DNA of 64,000 bases from Lama guanicoe. Lineage: Eukaryota. The stretch lies in contig MU057352.1 of NCBI GenBank assembly GCA_013239625.1, positions 30,077,277-30,141,276 on the forward strand, in the 5' to 3' direction. Position numbers and translations under genes: made by a program. The notes beneath the pieces are model-generated. The model saw nothing but the letters and a program-made list of their open reading frames with translations. It did not search any database and was not told the origin of the DNA. Below are positions 12,268 through 25,361 of this stretch, one piece after another. The stretch's first letter is position 1; each line of letters starts with the position of its first letter.

Positions 12268-12428
12268 TTAGCCCATCGCTGACACACGGTGAGGTCTCAG
12301 CCAGTGTTGCTAATACTGTTAATATTCTTAACACAGTGGTTCAGACACAAAAAAGAGCACGTTACTGAAATCCCCAATCCCCTCAAGACCAGTTTCACAA
12401 CGCATGCACATTTATTTTATGATTTTAC

Positions 12429-12476
12429 CTTAACCAAGAGATTTACGTCCCCTGGAGACAGTAGTGGAGAGGGTCC
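12429..12476 (-). CDS. COL22A1: COL22A1 exon, 48 nt, non-collagenous GPSPLLSPGDVNLLVK
   Basis: tttgacAG acceptor, GTAAAA donor; matches recalled human GLSSLLSPGDINLLAK. Confidence 0.92.
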
Positions 12477-15400
12477 CTGTCAAAGAAAAATAAATAAATA
12501 CAGACATACACACATGCCCACACTCTGTATACCCTGTGCTCCTCCAGGCAGTGCGCAGCCTTCACAGTGCAAGCTGTGCCACGTGACATGGCCACACCAT
12601 GCACAGGATGCAAGCAGCCCGGTCCACACCCCATGCCGGGAGCCACGGGAAGACTCCGCTGAGCCAGCGACTGCACAGACTGCCGGTCCTGAGTCTAGCT
12701 AACATCAGCCTTTCTGGTCCCCAGGCTCCCTGCACTGGTCCCTTCTCTTCTCCTGGTGGTCCCTCCTCCACACTGCCCTCTACACCAACAGGTCCTATGG
12801 GTACTGTAGAAGACAAAGGGGGCCGACCCTCCTGTATTCCCCAGATGGGTAACAGCTGTCACTATCAGTCATTCACAATCTAGTATGAATTTCAAGTAAC
12901 TTCTTTAGCTGTCCCAGGTAAAACAGCATTTTGAACTTCATTCGTCATCACGAGTCAGAAGTCTCTAACTTCAGAAAGATTTCAGAAGTCAGGCGTAATC
13001 GCAGAGCCTCTGAAGGAGTGCGGGGTCTGCAGGTCACTGAATTCACGTTCACAACGGTGAGCTGGGATGTGGTACATCACGATGGGGCCAACCTGGAGCC
13101 CAAGATGGAATGGAGGGCTGGGTTCATACTGGGGTGTAAGGGACACAAAGCTGGGAAGGAAAATGGAAATTAAAAGGCAAACCCTAAAGGGAAGAAAGGA
13201 TTCTCAGAAGAACTGGAGGCTGGCGTGCTACTTTGCAAACTTCTAAATTTTGTACTGGAAAAGGAGTCCCGGAGAACCCGTTCTCCAGAGGGAAGGGGTC
13301 GACATTCCTCTAGAATGGGGGAGCCTGCGGCCACACTCGGACTGCTGGTGGCTGATTTCTTCTGAATAAATCTGAGTTCCGGTTAATGAAGTATGAGTCC
13401 AGTCTAGCGCCTTACGGAGGCTGAAACCAAGACTGTTTTCCTGGCTGCCTCCTCTCCTGACCCCACAGGGCTCCTGCCGCATCCTGCAGCTAAATAGAGC
13501 CATGTGACAGCGGCTTTGGGTATGTTTGTGCAGGATAACTCGGCAGAGGCTGGGCGTACGTCTGTTTGCTCAAGTGTTCGACCAACCCCCCCGACTACCA
13601 CAAGGGTAGGAGGCCCAGGAGAGGCCGGGGCTGGAGTCGGGTCTGGACGTGCTGAAGGGACGACCAGCCCTGCAGGGAGAGCTCACTTAGGTCACAACTG
13701 CTGAAGACGAAACCGAGAGTGTCCTCAGTTACCTGAGACCGACCCTCGGGAGGAAGGCTGACCTGTGCAATGCTGATCGATTAGAACTTTAAAAGGGGGC
13801 GGAGGGGTTTCCTTCTGAAGTTTTTTATTTTCCCTGGGAAGTTAGTAACATGAATCATACAGTCCAAACTGGGACACTTTTCACAGTGCTGGCACTGTGT
13901 TCTTTGGGACATTTTTATGTTGTCACGTAAACCCTTTGTATAATTAGAGTGAGCAGCAGGGCTGGACGTCAGTTTCAAAAGGAGAGAGAACGAGGGGTGA
14001 ATTTCTGTCCAGGGGCAGCGTGGCCTTGGAGATAATTAACGTCTGTTGTGACCCCCTTCTGTAGGCCCCACAAGATAGGTCTGGATACACAGGAGCAAGG
14101 CCGGTGCGGGGACGGTGGCCTCCTGAACGTGGACACAGGATGCAGAGCGGAGTGCCGTGCTCGCCTCTGAGGAGCGGGCCCCACCTGGCGGGTGGATGCT
14201 GAGCGCAGGGAATCAGCAGCGGGAAGCGCTGGGGTGCAGAAGTCCGCGCCCGCGCCCTGCTGGCTCCTTCTCCCCTCCCGGGTACCGCCAGCTGCCTGGA
14301 GCGCCAGCCGGGAAGGCCGGGGAGGTCACACAGCCCACTACGGACTGACCCGGAGGTGAAGAGGGGCAGCTTCTTGACTCAAGATGGGCCAGTTGTGCGG
14401 TGCCGTCCACACCTGAGCTCCCCACGGGATCAGGCTGAGGGCAGATTCACGCTGAACCCACATCCTTGACTACCTTTCCGCTACCCCGTCCTGCTTTCTC
14501 CAACCCCGGCAGGGCTCCCCTGGCTCACTCGCTGGCACGGGAATCCCCACCAGAGGCTCTGCTTCTGGAGAACCAAGCCCAGCAAGGGGGCTCCTGGCGC
14601 GGGAATTCCCTGGGCGCAAGGCTGGAGAGACACTCTGGGCCCCCATCTCCACCGAGGGGTGATGGCTGCAGGAAGGGGTAACTCAGAAGGCCTGGGCTGC
14701 CCAAACCCTGCCCGTGCCAAACAAAGGCTCGGCCCTTGCTGGCTCCTAACGAACGCCCTGCCTGAGAAGAGTGCCTCTGTTCGCCAGGGTCTTGGGCCGG
14801 GCAGGTGGCTTATGCTAACGACCAAACCTATGGCGGGGGCCTGGGCCATGGGGTATCAGTCTGGCCCCTGGGAGGGCTGGAGACGGAGACCAAGGCCAGC
14901 CGTGCAGGCTCGCCACGTCTACGTGACCTGCACACCAAGGTTTGGGGGAGCGACCCTCAGTGGCGACACTTGGTGCTTTCCAGAGCACTTGTCACCCACG
15001 TGCCTCTGCTGACATGTGAGCGCCAGGAGGAGCGAGGGCTGCCCGCGCCGGCTCCCTGGGGGAGGGGCCTCGTCGCTCAGGGACGCTGCCCTAAGCATCT
15101 CGCCCCTGTGCTGACCTTCACCTGCATCCTTTCTCTGTGAGAAACCACAGTCCCGAGTGGAGGCGCTCTCCTGAGTCCTGGAGTCCTCCTGGTGAGTCAG
15201 AGAGCCTGAGGGGAGTCTTGGGACCCCTGAAAACACGACTCATCCGATTAGTGAGATAGAGACCCTGAGGGCTCCCCTGCCGTCCCTGGGACCATCCGGG
15301 GGGTTTGTGTGTGCAGTGAATTTGAAGGTGGTCAAAAACAGACCTCCTCTCTGTCTGTCTCTACTTCTCTCAGTCTGCTCTGCCGGTGACCAGCTGTCAG

Positions 15401-16827
15401 ACGTCACGGTTAGTCCACACTGCCAGCTGGACGCTGCTGGCTTAATTCTCTTGGCAGGGGTGTCAGGGTCTAGACTTGGCAGGAGTCGTCTGAACCCTCT
15501 TCAGCCTCTGGTCTGAACCTTCCTCTTCCAGCCGCTGCACCAGGGCCTTGCACTTGGGTAACGAGGTGGATTCTGTGAGGTTAATTTGGCTGCTGTAAAT
15601 CTGACTCCACAGAAGAGGAGGAGGGTGTGAGTAAGCTGTCCCTACCCTCCAGCAGGACTTTTCACTCCTCCCGCTAGAAGGCCTTCAGGGAACGGTCTCA
15701 GGACCCTTCGAGGAGGACCAGGCCACCCCTCGGGGTCTCTGATGTGCCCCATAGCCTGGGCCCCGAAGGCAGAGAGGCTCAAGCCTTGGGGGCCCCGTGC
15801 CTTGGGTCCTTGTCTGAAACTTGCAGCAGCCAGGCTCACAGAGGAGCCGGATGGCCTTTCAGATCCATCTTGCAGTGAAGATTCTGCATAATGGTTTCTG
15901 AAAGCAGCCTTGAGGCCTGAGCCTCCCGAGTCGTGACTGCCACCGTCTCTCCCACCTCGGGTAGCACCTTTCAGTGGACTCGTTTCTCCTGTATCCTCAC
16001 GCTGCCTCCTCGCTCACCCAGACCTGTCCCTCTTCATCATCCCTCCCCGGGAGGGCCGCCCTGTGCCTGGTTCCTCGGCGGAGCCTTTGGGGCTTCTCTG
16101 GTGTTGCTGAGTTAATTGGGGTGGGGTGGGTGTTCCTAGAAGGTGACTCTACCGCGCACGAGGAACTGCGGGCTGGAGCGCGGCCCCACGGCCCGGGACC
16201 AGACACTCAGGGCTGTCCGTTTCTGCTCAGCCTGTTGCAGCATCGCTGCTCTCACAGGGAGAGAGGAGAGAATGTCTCTTTTACTACAAAGAGGGGAAAC
16301 CAAGAGGTACGGACATTACTGAACTAAAGGGCAGGGCAAGGGCTGGTCGGGACCTTGCCATGAACACTGCTACTGCCCGTCTGCTCACCCCAAAACACCG
16401 TCCTTCCTTCTCTGTCCTCCCCCAGGCCCCGGAGGCTGCACCCTGGGGACGTATCACGAGGCTCGCCTGCCTGCTGCCTGCTCCACAGGCGAGCTGGACC
16501 AATGAGACACACAGCAAGAGATTGGGGAGGGGGTACGGGGGGTGGGCGGCGGCCAGGCGTCCTGCGATGGCTCTGAACCCACAACCACAGCTCCTATCTG
16601 GCAGCCCCTTCCCCCCTCTCTCTCTGCTCTGAAGATAAGCAGCAGGTGGCACTGGCATCTCTGTGGTTTATCTCTGAGCATCACAGCATCTCTGAATAGT
16701 TCCCTCTGCCCGCAGCTTTGTAAAAAGCCCCCTTTTCAAAGTCTCTGGGACCATCCGAGTTGTATTTTACTCTGGCTGGGTCCCTGACTGATGGTCAATA
16801 TTCATTCAGAACAGTTAGATGACATAC

Positions 16828-16872
16828 TGGTTTGCCAGGAGGCCCTCTCTCTCCTGGATTTCCTGGTATACC
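16828..16872 (-). CDS. COL22A1: COL22A1 exon, 45 nt, GIPGNPGERGPPGKP
   Basis: tttcttAG acceptor, GTATGT donor. Confidence 0.94.
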
Positions 16873-18048
16873 CTAAGAAAAGAAAGAAAGAAAACATTAA
16901 CTGTGCGAAGCACATAATGCTGATCCGCTCTGTCCACCCCCTCTCCCAGCATCTGTATCTGTAACTCAGGGGAAAAAATAACCCAACCGTGGAGACTGGC
17001 ACCAGTAACAATTCACGGTTTCCAGTCTCAGCTGAATACCCAAAGCTTCTCAGGAAATATTTAACTGTGGCAAATGTTCCAAACAGTAAGCTACTCCCCT
17101 TATTAGCTCCTATCCGAAACACAAAACCCAAAACAACTCATGCACGGACACACATTTATCTCAAATTTCTCCATCCTTTCCCAAACACAAGTGGAAGGAG
17201 TGGCTTTGAAAAAGAGGAGGTTTCTGCTGAACTGGCTGTAAGAATGTAACCCTGCGAGTGGGGCAGGTAAAGTCAAGCATTTGGAGGCGGGATTTAGAGG
17301 GCAACTTTCTTCTCTGAAACAGAACCTAAGGAAGGGAAGGGGAGGACAGTTTATTGTTCCTACTTATGTGAAGCCGAACTACAGAGATGGAAAGATGGAG
17401 GGACGCAGCAAGTACCACTGCATAGCGGCGCCAGACGTCTTTGCTCCATGAGGACTCGTGGTCGTCATTAAACCGTTTCAGGGAGTCTGTATGGAGCAAC
17501 TTCTGTGTACCTGCCACTCTGTGAAGCATCAAGGAAACCTGAGACACATGGTTCCTACCTTCTAGAGCTCAGATCTAACTGAACAAAAGTCAGGCCATAA
17601 AGATGAGAGGTGATTAACACTGTCACATAAGTGGGGAGGCATACGTCCTCAGTGAGCATCAGGTGAGTGTGCAGAGCTCCCTTGAAGGGAGAAGCCCTTA
17701 CAGGGACAGGTTGGGAACAAGTCCATGGAGAAGCTCGTGCCTGATTTGAGCAGAACTGACCAGCTAGGTATGTAAGAACACTGACAAAATGACAGGAGAC
17801 AGTGATGGGGTACCCAGGAGCTTACAGGTTTCTGAAAGCATAACACAAAAGCAAGAGAAGTGAAACTAGGCAATACAAGATTGTGAGTCACAACGAACAG
17901 AAGAAGAAAACACGGGAAAGGGGCAGGGGTTAGTGGGGCAGGACAGCTCCTCCCGGGGTGTCCTGGTTCCAGGAGGCCGGAGACAGCGGAGGGGGCTCCC
18001 GGGGGGTCTGGAGGACCTGGACTGGCCTGCACTGCCGCCTTTACTCAC

Positions 18049-18102
18049 ATCCTGGCCGGCTGGTCCCTGGGGGCCTGGGAATCCAGGGGGGCCTCGAGAT
18101 CC
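18049..18102 (-). CDS. COL22A1: COL22A1 exon, 54 nt, GSRGPPGFPGPQGPAGQD
   Basis: ttcttcAG acceptor, GTGAGT donor. Confidence 0.94.
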
Positions 18103-18969
18103 CTGAAGAAAAAGAGAAGATGACACCCCCCCCCCATCAGTTTAAGCAAAACAAGTGCCGCCTTCCCTGGGGGGGCTCTCCTTGCACAGACGGCCTGCTG
18201 CTCTGGGGAAGCTGATGTAATGGGTGTGCCAGGGAGCAGGCAGGTCAGAGTCACACACTTTACTGCGCATATGCAGGTGGACACGCCAAGTGCACCTGGG
18301 GACGCTCTGGAAAGCCCTCCCTGTGAGCCGGACTGCCCAGGCAGCTTTCTGGAGTGGAGAGGCAGCTCCTGCAGCGAAACGGGCCTGAGCTCTGGTCCTG
18401 CCCACCCCCCTGCGCCGTGTGGATAACCGGCCCCGGGGGCTGGGGGGCCGGCCCAGCACAGAGCTCAGCACGCAGCTGACGGTGATTATTTTTTATAGGA
18501 AAATCATTCTCATTCTGCTGAAAATTTCCAGACAGTACCAGAAATTGGCACAAATCATCTCATGAAGGATCTGACTTCCTGGGGCACTTCCCCGCCTCTT
18601 CCCCCGCCTTCCAGGCTAAGGGAGCCCTCCCCTGCTCGTGGCTGCGCGGCTGGGGTGGGGAAGCCACGATGCACAGCTAGCTCCTCGGGCAGGTTGATTA
18701 CGCTCCTTAAACCACGACTGCCCGTCTGGAAGCAGAGACGGCGGGGAGCAAAGGCAGCCTCCGCCCGCCCAGCACCGCGCACGCTCCCGGCCCTGGGAGA
18801 CTCCGCCAGCCCATAGGTCAGGGCTCACATTTTGGAGACTTTGCCCAGTTTCATGTTAGGGATTTTTTTGAAACTCGTCTGCCTTCTGGACACTCCAATT
18901 TAAAACCGCTTTCATTAGAACATAATTTCCGCCCTCAAAACCCAGCCCCGTATTTAAATCATACTGTAC

Positions 18970-19005
18970 CGGAGGCCCTTTCTCTCCTGGCGGTCCAGAA
19001 GGGCC
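18970..19005 (-). CDS. COL22A1: COL22A1 exon, 36 nt, GPSGPPGEKGPP
   Basis: gcttttAG acceptor, GTACAG donor. Confidence 0.9.
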
Positions 19006-19539
19006 CTAAAAGCAAACAAACAGGTGAGCAAGCGAAATGGAAATGGGGTAGTTACGTGAACATGCTGCAGTGCCTACTTCTGAGCTTGGTCTTTAATTGT
19101 CCTAAAAGGAACAGCTGACCTCCTCCCACCTTTAAGCCACAGGGTCACACCCTCTCACCACCGCCCACTGATGCTGCACATGGAGATTTCACTGGAACCT
19201 TCTGCATTTGCCCCTGAACTGGTGCCACCCCCTCCTGGCACGCACTGGGCCCGTGTCTAGCTCTGGGACCCAGCATCCCAACATCCTCATGCTGTATTCC
19301 TGCTCGGGATGGGGGGGGGCGGCACTCAGGACCAGACTCCCTGGGTGGCCTGCTTGCCTGATGCTGCACGGTGTCCCTCCTCACTCCTGCACGTGGGTCA
19401 CACATGCACACACACACACACAGGTATGGATCTGTCATCCTTCAAGTGTGACCAGCCTATGATTCGGCTTCCAGATTTTGCACTTAACATGCATTCCTTC
19501 TTGTGACATTAGTGTTACAGTTCCAGGTCCTGCAGTGAG

Positions 19540-19860
19540 AGGACTGTCCCTGCCCTGAGTCTTTGCTGCACTGTGCTCTGCCTCTCTGCCTGGTCACATC
19601 TGGTTCTCAATTTAGATGTCAGCACCCTAGGAAAGTCATCCCTGGCCTCCCCCAGGAGGCTGGTTAGAAGTGGTCTCTAGCCCCCGGGTGCACCCTGTTT
19701 AGGATGGACCACCCAGTGTTCCTGGCCCTTCTGTGCCCTCTGCTGAATGGACCATGCGCTGCCTTGGGGGCACTCAGCTCCGTGCTCACGTGCTCCCTCC
19801 AGTCCTCAGCACAGCCCCGTGTGTCGTCCGGACACAGCAGAGCACAGCAAACGGACGGCA
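19540..19860 (+). mobile_element. L2 LINE 3' fragment (degenerate)
   Basis: ctttgctgcactgtgctctgcc...tctcaatttagatgtcagcaccctaggaaagtcatccctg resembles the L2 3' region. Confidence 0.5.
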
Positions 19861-22689
19861 CTCCACTAAACTTACAATTGGATGGTATGAAGAGAACTTG
19901 AAAATCACTTATTATCACCCTTCCTTTTCACTGATGGTCAAAGGCCTGAAGGAGACAAAGGACCTGCCCAAGCCACATCAGAGTCACTCGCCAGGGGCGT
20001 CAGCCCCACCACCAGCTCGCAGCCCAGTGCATCTGTGTGCCCCTGTGGCAGGGCCCGTGAGAACTCCCGAGGGCATCCCAAGAGGGAGGAGAGATTTCAG
20101 ACCAAGGCACAGGCTTCCGGCAGCGCAACAGACCAGGACACCTAAAAGCCTGCCCGTCTCATGTGTCCCAGAGCTGCCTGACAGAATAAAACAAGCATTT
20201 TAAGTGCACAGCTGAGCACTCAAGAAGGTAGGGGACACCTCAAGAGGCCTAAGCCAAGCAGGTAAGAAAATGGACTCAGAACCCCCCTGGGGTCCACATG
20301 ACTCACACGTCCCTTCTCCCCATTAGTTCCCACTGCTCTGTCAAGTCGTAGGCCAGCGGGATGCAGGGGCCAGGGCGCACACGTCCGAATTCCGTTCCTT
20401 TCACAGTCGTTCCTTACGGAGACTGCACACTTATCCCCAAGGACGTGGCAGAGCGATGGTCTATTGCTGGCACCTCCTGTTTCCAAATTAAACCCAACGA
20501 TCCATCTCCAGAGTTTAATTGTTTCATTAGACTGAACTCCGAATCCCTCTCTTATGTCATTTGATATAAAATCTACAGGTAAAGGGTGGGTTTTGTTGTC
20601 AAAAAAGTCCTCCTATCAAATCTTAGCTTTGCCAGTTATCGGCTGTTTGGCCTCAGTCTCTCCGCACTTCAGTCTGCCCGATCCTGACACAGAGCTGGCG
20701 AGCCCCTCGCTTCGTGTGATCAGAAGTAAGAGGACACACCTAAGGAGAGAACCAGCCCAGAGCCTGGCCCGTGAGAGGCACTCCCGCGGCAGTTGCTGCT
20801 ATACTTTGAGGAGACAGAGGAGTGTGTTGTGGAGGAGGGGTCGCAGGGTGGCTTCCCGATCGATGCCCTTCCTAAATCCGAAGCCTGGGCATGTTTTCAA
20901 GACTAACAACCCTCTGTTCCAAGATTACACCCTCTGATGGGTTTGCTCAGGAGTCGCATTACCTAAAACACGTATTTTGGTCTTTGATACCATTTCCACT
21001 AAAAGGAACTACAGCGCCTTGGAGAGACGACTGACCCCAGATCTGGGTGAGGAACAGAAACGGATCAGGACATCCTGTCCTTCCACAGAGCAAGGACACC
21101 GTCAGCGGCTGCTGGGCTGGTGTCAGAAACACTTCGGGTCAACCTGCATGGGCTCCCGTCTGCCTAAAATACGACAATCTGAGCATCAAAAGGAAGAACA
21201 CCTGCAACATTAAATCAGATCAAACGTGTTTAAATCCAGGAGTTTGGAATGACTGACAGAAAACAAAACCGCCTCATCCATCATCTTTGCAAGATGCCAT
21301 CTTTGTAAGATTTTCAAGTCGTTACTTGAAAATAATCAAAAGGCAAAGACCAGCTCTTCTATTCTGCCTTCCACGCGGACTGTCCCACTGGGTATCCAAA
21401 TCCAAACGACGGAGCGTCTTTTCTGTATAGAAATATTCTAACTAACACATAAAAAGGAACCGATTGAACCAGAATAGCATCAATTTGCAAGTCTTGATGC
21501 GCTAAGCGATCTAAGCTCTGGACATCAAAGGGTGTGAACTTCACAACAAGAGCCCCCCAGACATCCTATGCTTCCTGTGGAAGAACACACCCTCTGTGAA
21601 CTCTTGCCAAAGAGATCAAACCTGAGTCATCGAGCCTTGAGGCCCATGTACGGATGGGTAAGAAACACACGGACACAGCAGCGGGCTAAACTGGTCCACG
21701 AGCTAAGTCCAGACCGTGGGAAGCTCTGTGAGACCAAACAATAAAATAAGTCTTCTTTTGTCAACTAAAGAACTGCAGTTTATATTGAGAGAAATTTGAA
21801 AGCTGACCCCCTCGCCCCATAACTCCGACGGACAGCTATCTGAGAACACAGTGCATTTTATCCCCACGTCTTTTTCCTGAAGGGCGCAGGGTACCGGGCT
21901 CTGTGCTGGGCTCTGGGGTGGCTTAGCCACGTGAGCCAGGCCCGCTTCTGGGCCCCCTCATTTGTGAGCCAGAGATGATGCCAGCACAAGCTCGCAGGAC
22001 CCCAGGGAGGGTGAGCCAGGGCACGTCGGGCCTCGCAGGGGCCTGGAGGGCGTGCACGGCGCTCAGCGTGCCTCCGGAACTATTACTAGGAGCAGCCAAA
22101 GGCCGTGCTGAGATAGAGAGTTCCCAACCAGAAGTGAGAGTAGGAACTTATTTAAAATCCTTTTCCTTTCCATCAGCAGAAGAATCCCGGGACTAAAAGC
22201 CACGGTGGGGATACCGAGCTGCTGGTTATACACGGAGCCCTGCCCTGCCCTGGGGTCTGTGCTGCGCCCCCACCCCGAGCCCCCCGGGATCTGGCTCCGT
22301 GCGTGGAACAGGACAAGAGCCCAAGTCAGCGAATGAAGCCTGCCCAGGCCCCGGGTGTCGGCCGGGGCGTAACCACCGAGAGACACCGGGTGTCCCGCAG
22401 CAGCCCGGCCGGTGGGGCTGCTTGGCTGCACGTGCCCCTGTCGAAGGGAAACTGCTCAGCCTCATTCCTGGGCCAGCAGGGGGCTCCCTGGCTCTTAGAA
22501 CCGAGGGAATCGGACTGAGCCGGCAGATGAGACAGGGACGCAGGCAGCTGCTGGGCTTGCGGGTCACAGCTGAGGGGCAGGCTGCGTGGGGACGACGCCG
22601 GCACCAGGAAGGGCCGTGTAAACGCGAACTTCCGTCCTCTGGGCGCCTGCTCAGAGCTAGAATGCTGGCACCCAGTCCTCGCTCCTCCA

Positions 22690-22820
22690 CGTCCCAGCTG
22701 TGACTTCAGGCAAGCGCCACATCTCTTAAGTGCTTTTCCTCATTTGTAAAATGAAAGGGAGACTAGGAGCTGCCTGGGAGGGCTGCTGGGAGAAGTAAAT
22801 GAGAGGGCGCCCACGAGCTA
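22690..22820 (+). mobile_element. MIR SINE fragment
   Basis: gctgtgacttcaggcaag...ttttcctcatttgtaaaatga...gggctgctgggagaagtaaatgag. Confidence 0.65.
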
Positions 22821-25283
22821 AATGAGGAGACAGACGCGCTGCCCTGCGCGGAGGGGCGACGCGAGCTGTGATCACGGTCACTGCAGCTTTCAGTGGCTTT
22901 CATTTCTGTCACTCCCGGGAAGAGGGGCAGTGGAAGCCACCCCCCTCGGGGGGCTGATGTGTGTTACTGCACATGCTCAGCTCCAAGCTTCTGTCCTCTG
23001 CCAGGCCGCAGGGCTCCTAAGGGCTGGTGGCGTCTGTATGGGGACCCTCAGTGCCTGAGCAAAGCAAGCTGCCAGAGCAAGTGATCTCAGAGCGGGAGGC
23101 AAAGGCCTGGAGAGAGGAAGGGCAATTTTAGGTGGCAAAGGCTGAGGGAGGTGTCGGGGGAGGACTCTCATGACACCCGAAGGTCAGAGGCAGGGCACCA
23201 GGTGTCTCCGGCGATATTACCACGTTGTAGTCCCCCCCACCCCGCTGGCCCACGAGGAAACCACTGCTCAGACCGACGCAGGCTGCCAGAAGGAGCCCTG
23301 CCCTTGCAGACCTTAGGCTCCGAGGGTCAGCGGGGGTCTCTGGCGCTTAGATCTGCCCTCAGGCGGAACTGGGTCATTTTCAAGCATTTCGGACGCTGCT
23401 TAAGGAAGATCAGAGGCATCTGAAGATTAAAGGGATTTTTTGGTTAACATCTTGGACGGAAGGCCAAAACACCAAAGAACGGCCTCCCCGTCCACACCCC
23501 TGCGCGGTGATGTGCACAGCACTGGCAGCGAAAGCCCTGGGCTCCCTCCCAGGGAGTCGGTGCTGCTACAGGAAGCCAGAGGCCCTGGAGTAGGCAGAGC
23601 ACCGCGGGAGGAAGGACGAGGAGACTCCATCCTCAACGTGAGAATGTGACAGAAATGAACACTCCTGCCCGTCCTGCCGCAGCCACAGGCGAGGTGAAAC
23701 AGAGGAAGAGACCTGACTTTGGAGGAGGTAGGAAGAGCTCTGTGTCCCAGCCCTGGCCCTGGCCCAGCTACGGGACATCGGCCAAGTCACTTTACCTTCT
23801 GAACCTCAGAATGTTTACCTGGAAGACGCTGATGAAGCAGACACCATCGGGGGCCCCTCCTAACTCCCTGGGCACGCTCCCACCAGGCAGCTGCTTGCTG
23901 CAGGTGCTGCCCAGGGCTTCCTGTAGCCACAAGGGGACGTTCGGCCGGCGTGCAGGGCAGCTCCCCAGGGCTGTGTGCGACCCACGCCCAACAGGAGCTG
24001 GCACACAAGCCCCCGCTGTGTCACCCCTTTCTCAGCACAGCTCTGTGTCTGCACCAATCGGTCTCCAGGGTGGAGGGGGGCAGGTGCCACTGGAGGCTGC
24101 CTCTCCCGGAGGGGTGATGGCTGAGCTACTTTCCCAAACAGACTCCTTGTCCTTGAATCCTGTTCTCAGGAGATGCTTCTGTAGAATCCCAGCCTTCACC
24201 AAGGAGCAAACCAGCTTTCACAGGCCTGGAGGACTGAGCGTGTGGATGCTTCTGGACTCAGCCCTCAGCACTCAGCAAACGGCAGGCCTCCTGCAAATGG
24301 GCCCTGCTTCCCGTCCGAACTCACGTCCGCCCTCGCCCTCCTCCACCGTCTCCGCATGCCTGCTCGCAGCACAGCCCTGAACCCTCATCGCAGATGGCCG
24401 GGCCATTAGGAAGCAGCCTAGGCTACTGGCCAAAGACAGGATTTATGAAAATTCAATAAGGTTTCACCCACCACGGAAGCTTTTAATAACTGAGGTGGAG
24501 GAAGGACACTGAACAGTTGATTTACAGCCTCTTGGCTGGAGCCAGCCAATCACTTTTCCAGTGGCATCACTCGGGTAGGAGCATATTTCATGGGCGACAT
24601 TGGGTGGCTCTGGAGCGGGAGGTGGCCCGGCTTCCCGAGGAAGGGCTCGGTAGATGAACCCTCAGGGAGTGGACTGGGACATGGAGAGACCGGTGAAATG
24701 ATGGCAGGGCCACGCCAGGCTGCAGCCCTCTGGGGAGTCTGCCAGCTCACCCCAGTGGGCGGGTGTAGGGGGTTCAGAACTGCCAGTGAGGAGACCCCAT
24801 CACTGGGGATAAAAGCCTTTCTTGATTCTGTGTTCTCATCTGTATGTTAACTGGAGGACGAGGGGTCATGAACTCGTTCCTGCCTGAAACGCATGCAAGC
24901 ATGCTGCTTCTCCCACATCACACCCCTCCCCAGCCAGTCCCAGTTCACTGGCTATGACTCAGGTTTTGCAAAGTTTGGTCAGTGAGCCCTTTTTTCTTTT
25001 TCAATTTTAACGACTTTTGTTCTCTCACTCCTCTTTGAATCAGACAAGTCTTGGTCTCCCCACAAACCTTATTCCCATAAGAAGTACACCAAGTTTTAGT
25101 AACAACACCAGCCACTGTGGACAGGCCTACACCCTGACTGAGCAGACATCAGGGGCCGCCACTGCGTTAGCTGGACAAGGAGTGTCCCTGCAGTAGGGCC
25201 CAGGCAGCACCTTCCCTTGGGAGCCAGCACGGAACGACTGTGTGCCCTGAAAGCAAGGAAGTGCTGGATGAGTAAGGACTCAC

Positions 25284-25361
25284 AGGAGGGCCAGCAGCCC
25301 CAACGCCCGGGTCTCCGCGGCTGCCAGGAGAGCCAGGGGTCCCAGGTGCACCGCGGTCTCC
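25284..25361 (-). CDS. COL22A1: COL22A1 exon, 78 nt, GDRGAPGTPGSPGSRGDPGVGAAGPP
   Basis: ctttctAG acceptor, GTGAGT donor; GV-GAA imperfection. Confidence 0.95.

Noticed and set aside
17940-18035. Collagen-looking peptide SPGPPDPPGAP...PGHPG just after the 18049 exon
   Set aside because: Gly periodicity is broken, there is no proper acceptor/donor pair, and neighbouring exons already join colinearly.
23646-24380. 244-aa plus-strand ORF
   Set aside because: Overlaps MIR-like sequence, non-ATG start, no domain; consistent with a chance ORF in GC-rich intron.
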